From an uncultured Chloroflexia bacterium (GTDB lineage: Bacteria; Chloroflexota; Limnocylindria; Limnocylindrales; CSP1-4), in NCBI GenBank assembly GCA_963749705.1, contig CAVVNQ010000015.1, positions 160,001 through 224,000 of the forward strand: a stretch of 64,000 nt of DNA. The letters run 5' to 3'. This document shows, in pieces, positions 50,300-59,065 of the stretch; the stretch's first letter is position 1, and the number at the start of each line of letters is the position of its first letter. The notes beneath the pieces were generated by a model. It was given only the letters and a program-made list of their open reading frames with translations. It was not told the DNA's origin and searched no databases. The position numbers and the translations under genes are program-made.

Positions 50300-51946
50300 A
50301 TGTCCAAGCGTCGCCGCTTCTATCTCACGACCGCCATCGCGTACGCGAACAACGCGCCCGGCCTGCACACGGTGTACGAGGTCATCGGGGCGGATGTCAT
50401 CGCGCGCTGGCACCGGATGCTGGGCGACGAGACCCGGTTCCTGACCGGCACCGACGAGCACTCGGTCAACATCGCGCAGTCCGCCGAGGCGGCAGGCCAG
50501 ACGCCGCGCGAGTTCGTGGACGAGAAGGTGGCGCTGTTCCAGGCGGCCGAGGGCGCGCTGCTCATCAGCCCCGACCGCTTCATCCGGACCACCGATCCCG
50601 ACCACTACCGGTCGGCGCAGGAGATGGTCCGCCGAGCGTACGACAACGGCGACATCTACCTCGGGTCGTACGAGGGCTGGTACTGCCCCAACGAGGGGTT
50701 CAAGGCACCGTCGGACCTGCTCGAGACGGCCAACGGGATGCAGTGCCCGAACCATCCCGACGTGACGCTCCAGTGGTTGACTGAGCGCAACTGGTTCTTC
50801 CGGCTGTCCGCCTACCAGGAGCGGCTGCTCGCCTATTACGAGGCCAACCCGGACTTCGTCCAGCCCGACTACCGGCGCAACGAGATGCTGGGGTTCATCC
50901 GCCAGGGCCTCGAGGACTTCTCGATCAGCCGCGCCGGCGCGACCTGGGGCATCCCGTTCCCGATCGCCGAGAACGGCGAGACGGCACAGCGCGAGGACGG
51001 TACCTGGGATCCGGAGGCGGGGACGATCTACGTCTGGGTGGACGCGCTGATCAACTACGTCACGGGCGCCGGCTTCCCCGACGACCTCGACACGTTCCAC
51101 CACTGGTGGCCCGCCGACCTGCACGTGATCGGCAAGGACATCGCGCGCTTCCACACGATCTACTGGCCCGCGATGCTGTGGTCGGCCGGGATCGATGCGC
51201 CGCGCCACGTCTGGGTCCATGGGTTCATGCACGTCCAGGGCGAGCGGATGAGCAAGAGCCGGGGCAACTTCTTCGATCCCAACGCGATGGTGAATGCGTT
51301 CGGCGCCGACGGAACCCGGTTCGTGACCCTGCGCGAGATTCCGTTCGACCGTGACTCGGACGTCTCCTGGGATTCGTTCGTGCGGCGGTACAACGCGGAC
51401 CTCGCCAACGACTTCGGCAACCTCGTCAACCGGACGGTCTCGATGGTCAACCGCTACCTGGGCGGCGCGCGTCCGGCGCCGCGCACGGCCGGCAATTCGC
51501 CGCTGGCCGAGGGTTGGGCCGACACGCTCGTGCTGTACCGGGAACGGCTCGATGGATGCCGGCTCCACGATGCGCTCGCGGAGCTGTGGGAGCTGGTCGG
51601 AGGCGCGAACCGGACCGTCGACGCGGAGCAGCCGTGGACGCTCAACAAGGCCGCGAAGGCCGGCGACGCGGCCGCCGAGGCCAGGTTGCGGGACGTGCTC
51701 GGCGACCTGATCGAGACGTGCCGCCTGGTGGGCCTCGCGGTGGCGCCGTTCATGCCCTCGATCGCGCCCCGGGTGATGGACCAGCTCGGGTTCGAGTACC
51801 CGTACGGCCCCGACGGGAACGGCGGTCCGGCCATCCTGGACCAGCTGGCGTGGGGCGCGCTGCGGGACCAGGCAGGCCACGTGACCGCGACGCCCGAGCC
51901 CCTGTTCCCCCGCACCGAGACCGAGGCGGCGACGGACGACGCGTAG
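50300..51946 (+). CDS. metG: methionyl-tRNA synthetase (short form, no C-terminal Trbp domain)
   Basis: YLTTAIAYAN, GTDEH, FIRTT, IYVWVDALINY, IGKDI, RMSKS and LANDFGNL motifs; precedes tatD. Confidence 0.93.
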   Translation: MSKRRRFYLTTAIAYANNAPGLHTVYEVIGADVIARWHRMLGDETRFLTGTDEHSVNIAQSAEAAGQTPREFVDEKVALFQAAEGALLISPDRFIRTTDPDHYRSAQEMVRRAYDNGDIYLGSYEGWYCPNEGFKAPSDLLETANGMQCPNHPDVTLQWLTERNWFFRLSAYQERLLAYYEANPDFVQPDYRRNEMLGFIRQGLEDFSISRAGATWGIPFPIAENGETAQREDGTWDPEAGTIYVWVDALINYVTGAGFPDDLDTFHHWWPADLHVIGKDIARFHTIYWPAMLWSAGIDAPRHVWVHGFMHVQGERMSKSRGNFFDPNAMVNAFGADGTRFVTLREIPFDRDSDVSWDSFVRRYNADLANDFGNLVNRTVSMVNRYLGGARPAPRTAGNSPLAEGWADTLVLYRERLDGCRLHDALAELWELVGGANRTVDAEQPWTLNKAAKAGDAAAEARLRDVLGDLIETCRLVGLAVAPFMPSIAPRVMDQLGFEYPYGPDGNGGPAILDQLAWGALRDQAGHVTATPEPLFPRTETEAATDDA

Positions 51947-52054
51947 CCCGAGTCGATCCGCGGGCGCCGCCACCGCCCCGCCACCGCCCCGCCGCCGTTC
52001 CGGCACTGCGAGTCCGCCGCCCGGAGTCGCACCCGCCCGCCATACCATCGGGCC

Positions 52055-52897
52055 ATGCGGCTCATCGACGCCCACGGCCACCTCAACGCGGACCGGTTCA
52101 CCGACGATGTCGACCGGGTGCTCGACGACGCCCGGTCGGCCGGCCTGGAGCGGATCCTCGTCCCGGGCTGGAACGTCGCGTCGTCCGAGCGGGCCCTGGA
52201 GCTGGTGACTCGCCGGCCGTGGCTGGACGCGGCCGTCGGCATCCACCCGCACGACGCGGCGAAGGTCGATGCCGCCGGCTGGGCGGACGTCGAGGCCTGG
52301 GCACGGGACGAGCGCGTGGTGGCGATCGGGGAGACCGGGCTGGACTATGACCGGGTGTTCTCGCCGATCGATGTCCAGCTCGAGAACCTGCGTCGCAACC
52401 TGGCCCTCGCGCTCGCCACGGGCAAGCCGGCGATCCTCCATTGCCGGTCGCGGGCCGGCGAGCGCGACGCCCAGGACGCGCTCGTCGCCGAGCTGCGAGC
52501 GGCGGGCTTCGACGGCGAGCCGGCAGCGGCCGCGTTCGGCGCCCGCCCGCCCGCCATCGTCCACAGCTTCTCCGGTCCGGTGGACTATGCGCTGGAGATG
52601 ATCGCGATGGGCCTCGCGGTGAGCTTCTCGGGGCTGGTGTTCCGGCGCGGGGAGGAGCCATCGGCGGAGGTCGTACCGCTGGTACCTCGGGAACGCCTGC
52701 TGGTGGAGACCAATTCGCCGTTCCTGTCGCCGCCGGGCGCGCCGAGGTCGCGGAACGAGCCGCAGCACGTGGCGATCACGGCGCGCTGGGTCGCGAAGCT
52801 CCGTCCCACGACCGAGGACGAGCTGGGCGACGACCTCGTCCGCGCCTACGACCTCGCGTTCGGCGGTCGCCCTGGCCGATCGCGCCGAAGCGCGTAG
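52055..52897 (+). CDS. tatD: TatD family deoxyribonuclease
   Basis: DAHGH, GIHPH, IGETGLDY, HCR, HSF, ET(N)SP and RNEP motifs. Confidence 0.94.
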   Translation: MRLIDAHGHLNADRFTDDVDRVLDDARSAGLERILVPGWNVASSERALELVTRRPWLDAAVGIHPHDAAKVDAAGWADVEAWARDERVVAIGETGLDYDRVFSPIDVQLENLRRNLALALATGKPAILHCRSRAGERDAQDALVAELRAAGFDGEPAAAAFGARPPAIVHSFSGPVDYALEMIAMGLAVSFSGLVFRRGEEPSAEVVPLVPRERLLVETNSPFLSPPGAPRSRNEPQHVAITARWVAKLRPTTEDELGDDLVRAYDLAFGGRPGRSRRSA

Positions 52898-52950
52898 GTC
52901 GCGGTCTCGCGGCCCGGCAGCTTCGAGCGACCTGCCGCTCCGGCGACGCG

Positions 52951-54024
52951 TCAGTCCGGCGCGGGCACCCGGAGCGGCTGGGTGCCCCGCCGCCGGTACA
53001 GGTCGGCGTCGGCGCGCGCCGTGAGCGTCTCGACGGTGTCAGCCGGCTCGAGACGGGCAAGGCCCAGGCTGACCCCGATCCCGGCGCGCTTCAGCAGCGC
53101 TGCACGGATCGCCTCGAAGCGGCGCTCGCCCTCGTCGAGGTCGACCCCGCCCATGGCCGCCACGAACTCGTCACCGCCGTAGCGCATCACCGGGTCGAAC
53201 GAGCGGAGCGTCGCCCGGATCTCGGCAACCACGCTGACCAGGGCGGCATCGCCCGCGGAATGCCCGTCGCGATCGTTGATCCCCTTGAGGTCGTCGACGT
53301 CCACGAAGGCGAGGACCAGGCGACCGTCGCCGCGACGGGCTCGTGCGATCTCGTGGACCAGCGCGAGCCGGCCCATCTCCCGGCGGTACGCCCCGGTCAG
53401 GCCGTCGACGTGGGCGGTGACGAGCGCGGTCGCAAGGGCGTCCCGGAGCCTCGCTGCTTCGGTGCGGTCCCGCGCGGCTCGCTCCCGATCCCTGGCAGCG
53501 GCCTCTCGATCCTGCGCGGCCGCGGTGCGCAGCGCCGCGAGCTCGCTGGCGATCGACGGCCTCAACGTCCCGATCTCGCGTTCGAGCGCGGCGGCCCGCG
53601 CATCGCGCTCGCGCGCGGTTGCGTCGCGCTGGGAGGCCACGAGGTCGCGCCGTGCCGCCGTCTCGTCGCGCTGTGCGGCGGTCCGCCTCCGATCCTCGGA
53701 CGTCAGGGCCCGTTCGCGCGACACCTCGGCGCGCTCGAGGCGCGTCGTCTCGCGCCCGTCACGGAGCGCGTCGGTCCCGGTCGCATCGAGGTCCGCGTTC
53801 ACCTGGTCCAGGTTCGAGAGCTCCTGGTCCCGGGCCGCGCTGGACGCGTCGCGAACGGCGGCGTCATCGTCCGAATCGGCGGCCGTCTGGTCCGAATCGG
53901 CGGCCGTCTGGTCCGAATCGGCCGCCGTCTGATCGGCGTCGGCCGCCGCACGGAGCGAATCGCCGACGGCCCGATCCGTCGGGGCCTCGCGAGCGGTCAC
54001 CGCGCGAGGCCGGGATCGGTCCAC
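52951..54024 (-). CDS. diguanylate cyclase with a repetitive coiled-coil N-terminus (start uncertain, 54000 or 54024)
   Basis: DGLTG, DVDDLKGIND..GH..GD, RSFD I-site, YGGDEF and RADADLY motifs. Confidence 0.88.
   Translation of the reverse strand: MDRSRPRAVTAREAPTDRAVGDSLRAAADADQTAADSDQTAADSDQTAADSDDDAAVRDASSAARDQELSNLDQVNADLDATGTDALRDGRETTRLERAEVSRERALTSEDRRRTAAQRDETAARRDLVASQRDATARERDARAAALEREIGTLRPSIASELAALRTAAAQDREAAARDRERAARDRTEAARLRDALATALVTAHVDGLTGAYRREMGRLALVHEIARARRGDGRLVLAFVDVDDLKGINDRDGHSAGDAALVSVVAEIRATLRSFDPVMRYGGDEFVAAMGGVDLDEGERRFEAIRAALLKRAGIGVSLGLARLEPADTVETLTARADADLYRRRGTQPLRVPAPD
53869..53931 (-). repeat. 3 x 21-bp in-frame tandem repeat encoding (DQTAADS)n
   Basis: GTCCGAATCGGCGGCCGTCTG repeated three times, third copy slightly diverged. 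Confidence 0.9.
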
Positions 54025-54315
54025 AGCCAGCGTCGGACGACGCCCTCGGGCGGCCCGGCGTCTGGTGCTCCGATGCTCCGGCAGCACCCCGACCGACCCC
54101 CGCCCGGGTCGCCCGCGGATGGCATCCCCATCGGTCGTCCTCCTGGAGTCGATTGGGGGCACCCAACGCTCGACCGATCCGTTGCGCCTTCCCCCGCCAC
54201 GCGCGTGGCGTGTGTGATTCTCGTGCGGCGGAGGGGGTCGCGTCTGCCATCGACCTGCCATACGTCGCCCTCGATTGCATGACATGCGACCGAATCGCAT
54301 ACTGCGAGACGAGTC

Positions 54316-55026
54316 ATGAGGGAGCCCCGCAAACGGAACCACCTGCTGGCCGCACTGGGTCACGACGAGGCTCGTCGCGTTGCCAGCCAGCTCACGCCGA
54401 TCACGCTGCCACGGGGTATGGTCGTCGCCCGACCCGGGCAGCCCATCGACTTCGCCTACTTCCCGTTGAGCGGGATGATCTCGGTCGTCGCCCTGATGTC
54501 GGAAGGCCTCGGCGCGGAGGTCGCCACCGTGGGCAACGAGGGAATGATCGGGCTGCCGATCTTCCTGGGTGCCGACAGCTCGCCGTTCCACCTCATGTCC
54601 CAGCTGTCGGGCGAGGCGCTGCGGATCCCCGCCGAGCAGTTCGAGGCGTTGCTGGCGGAGCAGCCACGGCTCGGTGCGCTGGTGCGCACCTATTCACAGG
54701 CCTTCTTCGTCCAGACTGCCCAGAACGCGGCGTGCAACGGGCTTCACTCGGTGGCCCAACGCGGGGCGCGGTGGCTGCTCGCGACGCAGGACCGGGCGGA
54801 GAACGACGCGTTCTTCCTCACCCAGGAGTTCCTGGCGTTCATGCTGGGGGTCGCTCGGCAGAGCGTCGGCACCGCGGTCGCCGACCTCCAGGCGCGCGGG
54901 CTGATCGCGTATCGCCGCGGGAACATGCGCATCCTCGACCGGCCCGGTCTCGAGGGCGCCTCGTGCGAGTGCTACCGGATCGTGCGCACGGAGTTCTCGC
55001 GCCTGCTCGGGATTGCCCGCGCCTGA
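54316..55026 (+). CDS. Crp/Fnr family transcriptional regulator
   Basis: cNMP-binding-like domain (YFP.SG.IS, GNEG) plus HTH LTQEFLA.MLGV.RQSV and C-terminal SCECY. Confidence 0.93.
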   Translation: MREPRKRNHLLAALGHDEARRVASQLTPITLPRGMVVARPGQPIDFAYFPLSGMISVVALMSEGLGAEVATVGNEGMIGLPIFLGADSSPFHLMSQLSGEALRIPAEQFEALLAEQPRLGALVRTYSQAFFVQTAQNAACNGLHSVAQRGARWLLATQDRAENDAFFLTQEFLAFMLGVARQSVGTAVADLQARGLIAYRRGNMRILDRPGLEGASCECYRIVRTEFSRLLGIARA

Positions 55027-55034
55027 CGGTGCCG

Positions 55035-55112
55035 GTCGGCGTGGCTCGCGGTCTCGTCGTGGCTCGCATCGTCGTCGTGGCTCGCATCGTCGGCGTGGCT
55101 CCCAGCGTCGGC
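55035..55112. repeat. 4 x 18-bp imperfect tandem repeat
   Basis: Units at 55035, 55053, 55071 and 55089, consensus GTCGTCGTGGCTCGCATC. Confidence 0.85.
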
Positions 55113-55296
55113 CCCCGCTCGGCCGGTTCGGTCAGGCACCGCGTGTGCCGGTGATAGGCGAGGTTCCGCCATCGTCGAGGCGGCTGTCCAGGTCCCGCGA
55201 CGCACGGAATGCGAGCGTGCCGCGCGCCGATCATGGCTGAGACCTGACTACCACCACCCCGCGCGGTGGATGACAGCGAATCGATGGCTGCGCCCG

Positions 55297-55401
55297 GATA
55301 GCACCGCCGGGCGCGGTGGATGGCCGAACCGATAGCACCGCCGGGCGCGGTGGATGGCCGAACCGATAGCACCGCCGGGCGCGGTGGAGGGCTGAACCGA
55401 T
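55297..55401. repeat. 3 x 34-bp tandem repeat with an internal palindrome, plus a degenerate copy at about 55251-55285
   Basis: GATAGCACCGCCGGGCGCGGTGGATGGCCGAACC at 55297, 55331 and 55365; CACCGC...GCGGTG hairpin in each unit. Confidence 0.92.
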
Positions 55402-55446
55402 CCGGCACGGCATCGAGCGCCGGTGAGAGCGGTGCGCGGCGTGCGG

Positions 55447-55475
55447 TTGACAGCCGGAGCGCCCTCGGGTAGTTT
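55447..55475 (+). promoter_or_regulatory. sigma70-type groESL promoter
   Basis: TTGACA-17 nt-TAGTTT immediately before CIRCE. Confidence 0.85.
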
Positions 55476-55476
55476 G

Positions 55477-55503
55477 TTGGCACTCTCACAGCGAGAGTGC
55501 TAA
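55477..55503 (+). promoter_or_regulatory. CIRCE element (HrcA operator)
   Basis: TTGGCACTC-N9-GAGTGCTAA, one mismatch to the consensus, upstream of groES. Confidence 0.95.
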
Positions 55504-55708
55504 ACCAGTCGGGACGCGGCCCGTGTGGCCCGGTCGGGACACCCATCACCGGATGTCCCCGGGGTTGCCACACGGTGCGGATCGCGCGGCTGGCCATGCG
55601 CTCGGACGGAGGATCAACGGGTCGTTCGTGGCTTTCCCGCCCGGTCGACCCGATCCACACCACAGGCGATCGACGGCCGGTCCGCGGCCGCCAGAGGAGG
55701 AAGACACC

Positions 55709-57726
<2,018 letters not shown>

Positions 57727-57747
57727 TCCAGTCCCGCAACCACGAAC

Positions 57748-57784
57748 ACGGGCCCGGGTCGCAAGACCCGGGCCCGTTCGATTC
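57748..57784 (+). terminator. hairpin after groEL
   Basis: ACGGGCCCGGGTC-GCAA-GACCCGGGCCCGT, a 13-bp stem with a GNRA loop and a weak U tail. Confidence 0.75.
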
Positions 57785-57919
57785 CCGTCGCCGCCCAGGC
57801 GCGGGAGGTCCGGAACCCGTGTCGCCCGGGTCGTTGGCGGGTAATATCGGCCAGCAACCAGACTCAGTGGCGTCCGCGGTTATAGGGGTCTCCTTGGCGT
57901 TCGGCGGGTATCGGCACTC

Positions 57920-59011
57920 GTGGTGAGCTTGCGCGCAGGACGTCGCCTGGACGTTGAGCTGCTGCGCGTCATTGGCTTGGTTGGAGTCATCACGATTCAT
58001 TCGACGGGTTCGTCGATCGGCGCCGGTCCCGCGACTGACTACGGGTTCTCATATTGGCTGGCGCTAAGCGTGAACGCGCTCGCGAGGGTGTCGGTCCCGC
58101 TCTTCCTAGCCGTTGCCGGCTGGGCCCAGCTGTCTCGATCGCCGCAAGCCTCGGAAGGGTATTGGCTTGTGCGACGGCTCCGCCGTCTGATAGTCCCACT
58201 CCTGTTTTGGAGTGCCATCTACCTGCTGGAGGAGATCGGGCTGAGCCTGCGACACGGAGCGCCTCCCTGGCCTGTTGGGGGCCTCGAGCACTGGATCTAC
58301 ATCAAGATGCGCCTGGTCCTGTTCGGCCCCGGCGTCAAGGGTCATCTCTGGTACATGTACTTCCTTGTCCCGATGACCGTGGTGATCTGGCTGGTCCAGG
58401 CAACCAGGAGCGCCGGGGAGCAGCCTCGCGGGCGCAACGCAGTGCATGGCCTTCGATCCCATGCGTCACTGCTGGTCGTCGCCGCCGCGTTTGTGGGCAC
58501 GTTTGGTCTAATCTCGGCCGCCCGCCTGCCGGTGTCGTGGACGGGCTTCGCCTGGACTCTTGGCTATGCGGGGATAGGTTTCGCCATCCTTAGCTCCGGT
58601 CGCCTCAGGGGTAGGGGAATTGCCGTTTGTGTCTTTCTGGCCGCAAGCTTCGCAGTAGCCGTGCTCGGTCGCACCCTCGGGTACAACACGTGGCCGTACT
58701 TCAACCAGAGTCCGATCATCATGATCGGACTGGTCGCGTTGCTTTGGGCGGTTGCCGGCGCGGACCTTCGTCCATGGGCGGAACGGTGGAGGCCTTTGAT
58801 CCTCGCCACAGGCGGGCTTACCTACGGGGCTTATATGGTCCATTTCCTGGTATTGAACGTCGCTCAGATCGTCCTTGCAGGTCTGGATGCAGCTGTCCCT
58901 ATCCCCGGCCCCGCCAAGGTGGTTGGCCTCATCACGGTAACCACGCTTGGTAGCATTGGCATCGCTGCGCTGTGGCATCGGTCGTCTCGACTTGCGGCTG
59001 CCCTCGGCTGA
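57920..59011 (+). CDS. acyltransferase family 3 membrane protein (surface polysaccharide O-acyltransferase-like)
   Basis: ELLR....VI.IH, R.SVPLF, R.RRLIVP, HLWYMY and TYGAYMVH motifs; about 10 TM segments. Confidence 0.85.
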   Translation: MVSLRAGRRLDVELLRVIGLVGVITIHSTGSSIGAGPATDYGFSYWLALSVNALARVSVPLFLAVAGWAQLSRSPQASEGYWLVRRLRRLIVPLLFWSAIYLLEEIGLSLRHGAPPWPVGGLEHWIYIKMRLVLFGPGVKGHLWYMYFLVPMTVVIWLVQATRSAGEQPRGRNAVHGLRSHASLLVVAAAFVGTFGLISAARLPVSWTGFAWTLGYAGIGFAILSSGRLRGRGIAVCVFLAASFAVAVLGRTLGYNTWPYFNQSPIIMIGLVALLWAVAGADLRPWAERWRPLILATGGLTYGAYMVHFLVLNVAQIVLAGLDAAVPIPGPAKVVGLITVTTLGSIGIAALWHRSSRLAAALG

Positions 59012-59065
59012 TTGGTCTCCGAACGACTCATCTCCGGGATGAGCGACCCAACCTAGAATGGACCG

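Noticed and set aside
55251-55401. 34-bp palindromic repeats as a CRISPR array
   Set aside because: The units are directly head-to-tail with no unique spacers, and no cas genes are in the window.
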